Made by a program: the position numbers and the translations under genes
Assembly (NCBI RefSeq): GCF_963921235.1
Contig: NC_086118.1
Span: 12,526,001 to 12,590,000, forward strand
DNA: 64,000 nt
From: Mobula hypostoma
Lineage: Eukaryota
Reading direction: 5' to 3'
Shown here: positions 45,428 to 57,085 of the stretch, piece by piece
How positions within the stretch are numbered: position 1 is the first letter of the stretch
How the letters are laid out: each line of letters begins with the position of its first letter
The notes under the pieces: model-generated
The model's database searches: none
Seen by the model: the letters and a program-made list of their open reading frames with translations, nothing else
What the model was told of the DNA's origin: nothing

Positions 45428-48400
45428 CCACACCTGGGCTGGGCTGGAACCAATGTCCTAGGGGGAAAGTTTGCTACTTTTGTTCAGGAGGATTTAAACT
45501 AATGTGGCAGGGGGATGGGAACAAGTGCAGAGAGACAGAGGGGTGTAAGATGAGGGTAGAATCAAAAAGTAATAAGGTGAAAGGTAGAAGTGGCAGGCAG
45601 GCAAATCCAGGGCAAAAATCAAAAAGGGCCACTTTTCAACATAATTGTATAAGGGCTGAGGGTGTTGTAAAAGCAAGCCTGAAGGCTTTGTGTGTCAATG
45701 CAAGGAGCATTCGTAACAAGATGGATGAACTGAATGTGCAGATAGTTATTAATGAATATGATATAGTTGGGATCACAGAGACATGGCTCCAGGGTGACTA
45801 AGGATGGGAGCTCACCATTCTGGGATATTCAATATTCAGGAGGGATAGACATGAAAGAAAGGGAGGTGGGTGGCATTTCTGGTTAGAGAGGAGATTAACG
45901 CAATAGAAAGGAAGGACATTAGCCAGGAGGATGTGGAATTGATATGGGTAGAGCTGCATAACACTAAGGGGCAGAAAACGCTGGTGGGAGTTGTGTACAG
46001 GCCACCTAACAGTAGTAGTGAGGTTGGGGATGGCATTAAACAGGAAATTAGAAAAGCGTGCAATAAAAGAACAGCAGTTATAAGGGGTGACTTCAATCTA
46101 CATATAGATTGGGTGAACCAAGTTGGTAAGGGTGCTGAGGAAGAGGATTTCTTGGAATGTATGTGGGATGGTTTTCTGAACCAACATGTCGAGGAACCAA
46201 CTAGAGAGCAGGCCATTCTAGACTTGTTATTAAGCAATGAGGAAGAGTTAGTCAGCAATCTTGTTGTGCGAGGCCCCTTGGGTAAGAATGACCATCATCT
46301 GGTGGAATTCTTCATTAAGATGGAGAGTGATATAGTTAATTCAGTAACAAAGGTTCTGAACTTAAAGAAGGGTAACTTTGAAGGTATGAGACGTGAATTA
46401 GCTAAGATAGACTGGCAAATGATACTTAAAGGGTTGATGGTGGATATGCAATGGCAAGCATTTAAAGATTGCATGGATGAACTACAATTGTTCATCCCAG
46501 TTTGGCAAAAGAATAAACCAGGGAAGGTAGTGCACCCGTGGCTGACAAGGGAAATTAGAGATAGTATCAATTCCAAAGAAGAAACATACAAATTAGCCAG
46601 CAAAAGCAGCACACCTAAGGACTGGGAGAAGTTCAGAGTCCAGCAGAGGAGGACAAAGGGCTTAATTAGGAAAGGGAAGAAAGATTATGAGAGAAAGCTG
46701 GCAGGGAACATAAAAACTGACTGTAAAAGCTTTTACAGATATATGAAAAGAAAAAGATTCGTTAAAACAAACGTAGGGTCCCTTACAGTCAGAAACAGGT
46801 GAATTGATCATGGGGAACAAGGACATGGCAGACCAATTGAATAACTACTTTGGTTCCATCTTCACTAAGGAGAACATAAATAATCTTCCAGAAATAGTAG
46901 GGAACCGAGGGCCTAGTGAGATGGAGGAACTGAAGGAAATACATGTTAGTAGGGAAGTGGTGTTAGGTAAATTGAAGGAATTAAAGGCAGATAAATCCCC
47001 AGGGCCAGATGGTCTGCATCCCAGAGTGCCCAAGAAGTAGCCCAAGAAATAATGAATCATTAGTGATAATTTTTCAAAACTCTTTAGATTCTGGATCAGT
47101 TCCTGAGGATTGGAAGGTGGCTAACGTAACCCCACTTTTTAAAAAAGTAGGGAGAGAAAAACCGGGGAAATATAGACCGGTTAGCCTGACATCGGTGGTG
47201 GGGAAGATGCTAGAGTCAGTTATCAAAGATGTGATAACAGCACATTTGGAAAGCAGTGAAATCATTGGACAAAGTCAGCATGGATTTGTGAAAGGAAAAT
47301 CATATCTGACGTACCTCATAGAATTTTTTGATGATGTAACTAGTAGAGTGGATAGGGGAGAACCAGTGGATGTGGTATATTTGGATTTTCAAAAGGCTTT
47401 TGACAAGGTCCCACACGGGAGATTAGTGTGAAAACTTAAAGCACACGGTATTGGGGGTATGGTATTGATGTGGAAAGAGAATTAGTTGGCAGACAGAAAG
47501 TAAAGAGTGGGAATAAACGGGACATTTTCAGAGCGGCAGGCAGTGACTAGTGGGGTACTGCAAGGCTCAGTGCTGGGACTCCAGTTGTTTACAATATACA
47601 TTAATGACTTGGATGAGGAAATTAAATGCAGCATCTCCAAGTTTGCAGATGACACGAAGCTGGGCAGCAGTGTTAGCTGTGAGGAGGATGCTAAGAAGAT
47701 GCAGGGTGACTTGGATAGGTTAGGTGAATGGGCAAATTCATGGCAGATGCAATTTAATGTGGATAAATGTGAGGTTATCCACTTTGATGGCAAGAACAGG
47801 AAAACAGATTATTATCTGAATGGTGGCCGATTAGGAAAAGGGGAGGTGCAATGAGACCTGGGTGTCATTGTACACCAGTCATTGAAAGTGGGCATGCAGG
47901 TATAGCAGGTGGTGAAAAAGGCGAATGGTATGCTGGCATTTATAGCAAGAGGATTCGAGTACAGGTGCAGGGAGGAACTACTGCAGTTGTACAAGGCCTT
48001 GTTGAGACCACACCTGGAGTAATGTATGCAGTTTTGGTCCCCTAATCTGAGGAAAGACATTCTTGCCATAGAGGGAGTACAAAGAAGGTTCACCAGATTG
48101 ATTCCTGGGATGGCAGGACTTTCATATGACGAAAGACTGGATCGACTAGGCTTATACTCACTGGAATTTAGAAGATTGAGGGGGGGATCTGATTGAAATG
48201 TATAACATTCTAAAGGGATTGGACAGGCTAGATGCAGGAAGATTGTTCCCGATGTTGGTGAAGTCCTGAACGATGGGTCACAGTTTGACGATAATGGGGA
48301 AGCCTTTTAGGACTGGGATTAGGAAAAACTCCTTCACACAGAGAGTGGTAAATCTGTGGCATTCTCTGCCACAGGAAACAGTTGAGGCCATTTCATTGGC

Positions 48401-48576
48401 TATATTTAAGAGGGAGTTAGCTATGGCCCTTGTGGCTAAAGGGATCAGGGGGTATGGAGGGAAGGCTGGTACAGGGTTCTGAGTTGGATGATCAGCTATG
48501 ATCATACTGAATGGCGGTGCAGGCTCGAAGGGCCGAATGGCCTACTCCTGCACCTATTTTCTATGTTTCTATGTTT
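45428..48576 (+). mobile_element. CR1-type LINE, near-complete ORF2 (APE + RT) plus ORF1 C-terminal remnant; disrupted
   Basis: ORF1 esterase-like end HLGWAGTNVLG. APE motifs NARSIRNK, GITETWL, GVVYRPP, GDFN. RT motifs KSPGPDGLHP, YRPVSLTS, YLDFQKAFDKVPH, QGSVLG, KFADDTKL. Several stops and frameshifts. (TTTCTATG)n tail. Confidence 0.95.
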
Positions 48577-49515
48577 CACTGCACAGTGTTGGTGGCATCC
48601 ATATCTCTATTGTTCAGGGGATTGATGAGGTATGCAATAATGTTGATATGTTGAATATAACTGAATTATTGGGTTGACCTGTTGAGAGCTTAGCATGTGC
48701 TCTGTGACTGTAGGTGTCAAATCTAAATCCATGGAGCCCTCAAGATGCTGTAAGATGATATGCCAAAAATGACTGAGGCCTATTATCCTTGTCTGGTGGA
48801 GGGAGCTTTGTAGCCTCAGTTGTAGTGAGAACTGGGCCTCAACCCTTGACCTTTTCAGCTGCAGCAGGCCCGATGTGTGAGGTGGAAGCACGACAGTGTG
48901 GATGAGCTTGGCTGGGGCCTCTCCTCACCCATTGGTGCAGCATACCCGTGTGTGAATGGTGGTATGACAGGCTGGTTTCTATGTCTTTATACACTGCTGG
49001 AAGACTGTACCATTGATTGCTGGATATTGTCGCTCAGGGTCTTGAACTTATGTTTTTTTTAGTGAATATGCTTCTTTGCTCTATATTTTGAATTTTACTT
49101 GCAATGTTTGAATGTTTGGTTGTTATTTTGAATGTTTTGTACCTTGGCCCCAGAGGAACGCTGTCTCATTCAGCTGTATCTATGTATGGTTTGAATGATA
49201 ATTAAACCTGAATAGGTTTGATCTGAATTTGTAGAATGAAGAACAATGGTGAGACCTTCAATGGATGATGGATCATTTTGCAGTGATGTATTTATGAAAT
49301 GCAGGAAGCAGTACGTATCCACCACTAAACTTGGGTTCTCCTGACTGCACCAAGCCATTGCCTATATTAACTGCAAGGAACTGCTAAGCTTCCCAGTACT
49401 TGTTCAAATGTCTTTTCAGTGTTATAATTATATCTACATCTACCTTTGGAAGAATCACAGTCATGAAATCTTATGTTTATGGATCAGGCCTTTTTTTTTA
49501 GAATTCTACTCCCTC

Positions 49516-49859
49516 GGGCCGGCTGGTGACACAATGACATCAGCGCCAGACCCGGGAGTGGAGGTTCCCAAGTTCGAAACCAGTCGGGTCCGCTCTCGAG
49601 TATGCTTTCCATCTGTGCCGGGTTGAGTGTCGAGATTGCAACTTGACCTCGTAAATTAAAGGGAAAAGCACTGCGAAATTGTCTGTGTGAGGAGTGGCGA
49701 GCCACACAGTCTCTCTCTCGCTCCACGCCTTGTAAAAAGCCATGAAAAAGACATCATCACGGACGCACGCACACGCACGCACACGCACGCACAGACACGC
49801 ACGCACACGTAGACGCACAAGCACAGACGCGCACACACACAGGTACACACCAAAAAAAA
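49516..49859 (+). mobile_element. tRNA-derived SINE with (CACG)n tract and poly(A) tail
   Basis: Box A-like TGGTGACACAATG and box B AGTTCGAAACC. A-tail. 16-bp TSD AGAATTCTACTCCCTC (49500-49515) / AGAATTTCACTCCCTC (49860-49875). Confidence 0.85.
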
Positions 49860-51019
49860 AGAATTTCACTCCCTCAGTTCCCATAGTAAATACCAAGGCT
49901 GGTGGGCTGGTAACTCAGTACAATACCATGTTTGCTGTTCCAGCTGCAGAGCTTTTGTTATGATGCTAAATCTATTTGCCATTAGATGGGCACTATACGT
50001 GGCATAGCACCATTTTGAGGAATATCAGTGAAGTTTTCTTGTTTTCTTTTTTGTCAACATTTCTTTTTCAAGCAATATTACACTAACTCATCTTCATGTC
50101 AAGAATGAAGTTGTATGATACTTGTTTTCATCTACCAAAGCTGTGACCGAGTAATCAAAAGAGCCAACAAAATTGTGAATACTTCTCTTAAAATGGTACT
50201 TTGTGTCTGTTCAATGTAGAGGAAAAGTTGCACTTAAATAAGTAGATGATGAAGGATGGCTGGCAGTGAACTGGTCAGGCCTTTCAACTACCTTGGTCCA
50301 ACGAATTCATGGGGAGGAAATCCGGGAGATTAATATTGTGCATTATTCACCAATTCAGTGTAATTTCTTTTTGTGATTGCCAACACTATATCATGAATTA
50401 TTAATAATGCAAATATGATATAAAACTGCAGGGTACAGATGCACAGCTCTATATCGTTGCCAATGGGATGTTGAAGTATTGTCTCAATCACCAGTCTTTC
50501 AGTACAACAAGGGAATGAATACTCCAACAAGTGACACAAGTGAAATAGTCAGCTTACCAGAGATCTGGTGAGACTCAAATGATTCTGAGCTGCAACTTGC
50601 AGTATTTAGGCTGATACCCTTTCTATGGGAGACAATGCATTCTGGCATAGAAATGAGTAAACCTTTTTAATCTGGGATTCTTAGCTGTTTCTCTGTTGGG
50701 CTGATGGTGTATCAGCCCTAGTCAACTACTGAGGTAGATTGCACAACCAATAGATCCCTTTGTCTCTCAAAACAAACTTCCCAGAGTTACTAAGGATGAT
50801 GCTCTGTTAGTATTTTTTTAAAGCATTAGTGAATATTGACAAGCTTTATAATGATTCAAATGTCAGAAGTAGGTGCCATGTAATGTGGATGACATTTGAA
50901 CAAAAGGGTCTTTGAGTTTAAGATCCAGTTGTTAATTACTTTTATAGCCATAATTTATTGTCCAACCCTGAGTAACCTTAAAAAGATTTTGGTGGGCCTC
51001 CTTCTCGAACTCCTTCAAT

Positions 51020-52490
51020 CTGAGAAAATCTGCAGATGCTGAAAATCCAAGAAACACACACAAAATGCTGGAGTAACTCAGCAGGCCACGCAGCAACTAT
51101 GGAAAAGAGTACAGTTGACATTTCAGGCCGAGACCCTTCAGCATGACTGGACAAAAAAAGATGAGTAGATTTAAAAGGGGGAGGGGAGGGAGAAACACAA
51201 GGTGTGGATACAGGGTTAGAGAAGGGGGAATCTAATAGGAGGACAAAAGACCATGGAAGAAAGAAGAGCAGGGAGGTGCACCAGAGGGGGTTGATTGGCA
51301 GGCAAGAAGATAAGGTAAGAGAGGGAAAAGGGGATGAGGAATTGTGAAGGGGGGAAAGCATGACTGGATTCTGGAGAAATTGATGTTCATGCTATCAGGT
51401 TGGAGGTTACCCACACGGAATGTAAGGTTTTGCTCCTCCAACCTGAGCGTGGACTCATAAAGTCAGAACAGGAGGCCATGGATTGAAGTGGAATTAAAAT
51501 GGGCAGCCACTGGGAGATCACGCTTCTTCTGGCAACTGGAGTGTTGGTCTTCAGCGAAGCAGTCTATCAATCTATGTCGGGTCTCACTGATGTACAGGAG
51601 GCCCCACTGGGAGCACTGGACACAGTATATGACCTCCAAAGAGTTACAGGTGAAGTGTCGCCTCAGCTGGAAGGACTGTTTGGGGCCCTGAATGGTAGTG
51701 AAGGAGGAGGTGTAGGTGCAGGTGCAGTACCTGTTACGCTTGCACGGTTAAGTGCCAGGAGGGAGGTCAGTGGGGAGGGATGATTGGACAAGGGAGACTT
51801 GTAGGGAGCGATGCCTGCAGAAAATGGAGGGGAGGGAAAGATTTGCTTGGTAGTGGGATCCTATTGGTGATGGCAGAAGTTACAGAGATTTACCTGCTGG
51901 TTGCGGTGGCTGGTAGGGTGGTAGATGAGGACAAGAGGAACCCTGTCCCTGGTAAGGTGGTGGGAGGATGGGTTGAGGGCAGATGTACGTGAAATGAAAG
52001 AGATGCAGTTGAGGGCAGTGTTGATGCTGGAGGAAGGGAAGTCCCTTTCTTTGAAAAAGGAGGATATCTTATTCATTCTGGAATGAAAAACCTCATCCTG
52101 AGAGCATATGTGGCGGAGACGGAGGAATTGAGAGAATTGAGAGTAACAGGGTGGAAGGAGAACCAATGCAATCATCAATGTAGCAAAGGAAAAGTGGGGG
52201 ATGGACACAAGTGTAGGCTTGGAACATAGACTGCTCCATGTAGCTGACAAACAGGCAGGCATAGCTGGGACCTATGCGAGTGCCCATGGCTACCCGATTT
52301 GTTTGATGGAAGAGGGAGGAGCCAAAGGAGAATTTAAGAGTGAAGAGATGTTCCACTAGACAGAGGAGTGTGGTGGTGGAGGGAAACTAATTGGGACTGT
52401 GCCCAGAAAGAAACTGAGAGCTTTGTGGCCCTCCTGGTGGGGGATGGAGGTTGAGAAGGACTAGACATCCATAGTGAAAATAAGATTCTT
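51020..52490 (-). mobile_element. Penelope-like element, RT to 3' end, degenerate
   Basis: PLE RT motifs FSFGSSLFHQTNRVAMGTRIGPSYACLF..CYIDD, YSQFLRLRHICS and EEQNLTFRVGNLQPDSMNINFS. Degenerate hammerhead at 51112-51149. Confidence 0.9.
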
Positions 52491-53474
52491 TTCCTTCATG
52501 ACTTGGAGATGGAGTGTCTGATGAACCATACTCCACAGAACACTTGGCTTCTAACTTGTTCTTGTAACCACAATATTTATATGGCCAGCCCCACGAGTGT
52601 TATTCCAGCCATTGAAGTGCTTGATGCCCATTGATTTTAGGGCTTCTTGATCCCATATTCAGTCAAATATTGCTCTGACATCAAGGGTTGTCATTCTCAC
52701 CCCACCTCTGCATTTCTTTCAAAATGTTCAGAAATGGCTCAAGTACAGAAAGAGTGAGAGACACACTCGCTGAAGCCGCTCACCGGAGAATTGTTGCTGA
52801 AGTTAAAGGAAAAGAAAACCAATAAATGCTAGGCCAACAGGGCCGTTGACTAAAACTCCCAGACTGAAAATGAAATGCCAACACTGTGACTGGAAGCAAT
52901 AACTAAATACTAAATGTATACTGCTCCTTTACAGTGTCTGTAGAAATGGTAGTCCTCTTTCCCGGACAAGGACAAGGATAAGCAGGGAGCATAAATGCTG
53001 CTATGTTTTTGGTCAAGTCTCGACAAGACTGGAATGAAAAGAAGGGTGTTAAACACCAGCAGAATGAAACAGTAATTAGCTGCAATGTGTATTGTCACAA
53101 GCAGCATTGCAGATCCTGTTGCACAGTCTGCCTGCGTGGGCGTGTAGACCCCGTAGCAGAATCTCCTGTGACAATTTCAGCTCTTTGCATTAGATTTAGA
53201 GCTAACTGGCCCTGGTGACACCTGAACTGGGCTTCTGTGAATATGTTATTGAAGAGTATGTGTGACTTGCTAGAACTGTTAGAGGGATCTTCCGTGACTT
53301 TCCTGATGATTGAGAGGAGAATGATAGCTTGGTAATCAGGCACGCTGGAGATGTCCTGCTTTGTTTTGAGGATGGGACATAAGTGAGTAATATTCCACAT
53401 TACTGAGTAGATAAAAGTGTTGTAACTGCAATAGTAGGTTTAAAAATTTGTGACAAGGAAACGCAAGAGCTGCT

Positions 53475-54440
53475 CAGATATGTAAGTTCGCTGATGACAC
53501 AACAATTGTAGGCCGTATCTCGGGTAATGATGAGTTTGAGTACAGAGAGGAAATTAAGAACCTGGTGGCATGGTGCGAAGACAATAACCTATCCCTCAAC
53601 GTCAGCAAGACGAAGGAATTGGTCGTTGACTTTAGGAAGAGTAGCAGACCACCCAACCCAATTTACATCGGTGGTGCGCAAGTGGAACAGGTCAAAAGCT
53701 TTAAGTTCCTCGGGGTCAATATCACAAATGGCTTGACTTGGTCCAACCAAGCAGAGTCCACTGCCAAGACGGCCCACCAGTGCCCTTACTTCCTGAGAAA
53801 ACTAAAGAAATTTGGCCTGTCCCCTGAAACCCTCACTAATTTTTATAGATGCACTGTAGAAAGCATTCTTCTATGGTGCATCACAACCTGGTATGGAAGT
53901 TGTCCTGTCCAAGACCGAAAGAAGCTGCAGAAGATCATGAACACGGCGCAGCACATCACACAAACCAATCTTCTGTCCGTGGACTCACTTTACACCGCAC
54001 GCTGTCAGAGCAGTGCTGTCAGGATAATCAAGGGCACGACCCACCCAGCCAACAGACTTTTTGTCCTTCTTCCTCCCGGGAGAGGTTCAGAAGCTTGAAA
54101 ATTCATACGGCCAGATTTGGGAACAGCTTCTTTCCAACTGTGATAAGAATGCTGAACGGATCCTGACCCGGATCTGGGCCGTACCCTCCAAATATCCGGA
54201 CCTGCCTCTCGGTTTTTTTGCACTACCTTACTTCCCATTTTTCTATTTTCTATTCATGATTTATAATTTAAATTTTTAATATTTACTAATTTTAACTATT
54301 TTTAATATCTTTAATATTTAATATTTGTAATCCAGGGAGTGTGAAGCATACATTCACATTAAATATCATACATTCTAGTACCAATTGTTTGGTGACCATA
54401 AAGTATAAATAATAAAATAATAAATAATAAAATAATAAAA
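53475..54440 (+). mobile_element. Rex1/Babar-type LINE 3' fragment, relatively young
   Basis: KFADDTTIVG..WCEDNNLSLNVSKTKELVVDFRK..FKFLGV..ESILLWCITTWYG. (AATAATAA)n tail. Confidence 0.9.
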
Positions 54441-54709
54441 TCTCATTGGAAGTGAGCAAGCAGGAGGCAGGAAATGACTAATTGAACATTACCCCTTGTC
54501 CTTTCCATATTGTACAGTGTTCTACCAAACCACCTGGAGAATAATCAGTTTCAGCTCTTAAGCTCTACTCGCAGGCAGAAGTTTTGTTGTGTATCTTCAT
54601 TTAAACTAAATTTCATTGTGCTTAGAAACAGTATTTCTTTGTTTTGAATCTGGTGTAAAAATCTTTAGATTATTTTTATCTCCAACTCTGGAACAACTGA
54701 CATGGGAAA

Positions 54710-55870
54710 GATTAGAGCATGTTAAGATTAAGACAAACAAATCTTAGTAATTGCATTTGTGCCTTGTGAATACTTATAATAAAACCAATTGAACTTGGAA
54801 GTGAAGTCACGAGTTGAAAAGGTAGATTATTTGTAATAATTGGAATGTAAGGGATGAAAATATTTTCCCCAACGACATTAATTGTCTTTATTGTAGTCTC
54901 AATTACTCGTGGGTATAATTTTTGAACTGTTCGTCTTGTACTATATGGTACAAGATTCATATTCCTGTGTAGCATGATTGGAGCTCCTTCTTTCAACTCT
55001 AAAGTATGTGACGACATATCAGGTGGTCACAGAGTTTAAAAATTTAACAGGAAACTATACAACCTCATCAGTGTCCATCACAGAGTTGACAGATTTATAA
55101 TTCACAGGTTGCCCAGGATACTTGTTAAGGTCTTTATTCGTGATCTGAACTGTGTCATTTTTGATGCTAAAATTGTTCTTTCATTCAAATAGTGTTGAGT
55201 GACACTGGGAGAACATTTTACACTAGATCATGAAGTGATGTAATAATTCAATCCAAAATTTTCATTTAAAAATCTTTTTGTTGAGTCTTTGTCTAAAATC
55301 CCCATTTCCCAACTTGAGCAAATTTAAAGTGAAGTCTTTCACAGAATGATTACCTATCAGATGTGATCACATTTTTGTTTTCAAATGCAGTAATTTAACA
55401 TTTCTCCCAATATAAAATGCATTAAAATAGACTTTCAATTCATCCGGGTTAGTGCCTCATTGTAATAGCAGAAGCACTTGAAACATTCTCCAGTAACACC
55501 TCCTACTAATTTACTATTGTGGCTAAAATCTTGCAGCTATCAACCTAATGCTTCAGTGGCTCCTTTCTGAGCCATTGTACATTAATCCCAGAAAGTAAGT
55601 TTACAATCTTTCAGAATATTTTGTTTACAGTTCCCCAAGTAATGTTAAATGTTGGAGTCCTCACAATTGTCAAATTTAAAGGGAGTTTAAAAGCCATATG
55701 TGCACTTTCCCCTCTGTCAGAAGCGTTGAAGCTATTCTGATGTCCTGCCCAGGAACTTTATCAAAAGTAATCTAATAGGGAAAGGTTTTCCCATACCATG
55801 AGTAGCATCAGAAAATAAGATGATTTCTTTTGCAACAGCCTCTGTAAAATATTATTAAGGTCATCTATTT
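54710..55870 (-). mobile_element. Helitron Rep/Hel PIF1-type helicase remnant
   Basis: Minus ORF HTLELKEGAPIMLHRNMN..IFIPYIP..LPFQL..FIISIHKAQ (PIF1 C-terminal motifs). Upstream SAHMAFKLPLNL (about 55670-55706) and a degenerate Walker A GMGK (about 55788-55799). Confidence 0.8.
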
Positions 55871-56419
55871 TGTATTTCACTAAACTTGGATCTTTCTCAC
55901 AGATATATTCAACTCATTGAAATCATAGCTAGTCCTTCCCGGAAACTTGATACACACACTTTCAGTTTTCCTTTGTCATTCAGATGGACAAAATTTACTT
56001 GGGTCAGGTCCACCAAAACATCTAGTAGTTGAATATGTCAAAAATATAGGTCTGATCAAGTTTCAGTGGAGAAATTTAAAATCAGGCCACTTTGAGCAAT
56101 AAGGAAGCTCCTATGGGGGTTTCAGCAGTGTACATCTTTGTGCTAAAGATAACTTGCGCAGATTTCAGATTTCAAGGTCTTTCTGTAACTAAGCTATCTG
56201 CAAGATGCATGGCTATTCTGTTTTCTTGTGTATCTTTAGAAATCAGCAGGTATATTGAAAAGTGGATGAGGAAGTATCGTATTTGTAGGTTATTATAAAA
56301 TTAGTTCACAGCAACAGTTACTACAATTGCTACAGTTTAATTGGTATTCTGAAAAGAAACAGAATTTGTAGTTGGAGAACTCATCAAAGGGTCAAGGTCC
56401 AGTTCAGGTCTCCATAAAT

Positions 56420-57085
56420 AAAGAGGAGGCACTCAATGCCTTGGTAGAGACAAAGGTGGATAATTCCCCAGAACTGTATGGGATTTAACGCAGGCTGTTA
56501 CTGGAAGCAAGGAAATAGTTTGCTGGGGCTCTGATGAGATTTTTAAGTCTTGGCTGGATACAAGTTAGGTAGCAGATGGCTGGAAGATAGCAAACAGTCC
56601 CATTTTCAACAAGGACAGCAGGTAAAACCCTGGTACTAGTGACCTGTGAACCTAACATCAATGGTAGGGGAGATATTGGAAACATTTCTGAGGGAAGAGA
56701 TAATAATCATTCAAAAGAGAAGTACTAAATGTAGACAGTAAATGTGGGGTTGTCATAGCATATCTATCTGCCCAATGTGGCTGAATTCTTTGAAGACATA
56801 ACAAAATGTATCGTTGAGGGCAGGGAAGATGACGTCATTCACATGGTCAAAATTCTGCATCAGAGACTGGACCATGGGATTCAGAGGAAGTTGGCAAACT
56901 GGATCCAAAATTCACCTAGCAATGAGGGATAGAGGGTTGTTTTCACAAATAGAGGCCTATGACTTGTGGTGTCCCACAAGGATCAGTACTGGGATTCTTG
57001 CTGTTCGTGTATATGTGAATGGCGTGGACATGAATATGAGAGGCAAGAGCAGCAGTTTGCGGGTCACTCAAAAGTTGGTAGAATT
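56420..57085 (+). mobile_element. old CR1 RT fragment
   Basis: Degenerate GATAATTCCCCAG, GAATTCTTTGAAGA and GGTGTCCCACAAGGATCAGTACTGGG (GVPQGSVLG). Confidence 0.65.

Noticed and set aside
45870..46802. 310-aa ORF as a host gene
   Set aside because: It is the endonuclease/linker part of a disrupted CR1 ORF2.
49742..49963. His/Arg/Thr-rich ORFs
   Set aside because: Translations of the SINE (CACG)n tract.
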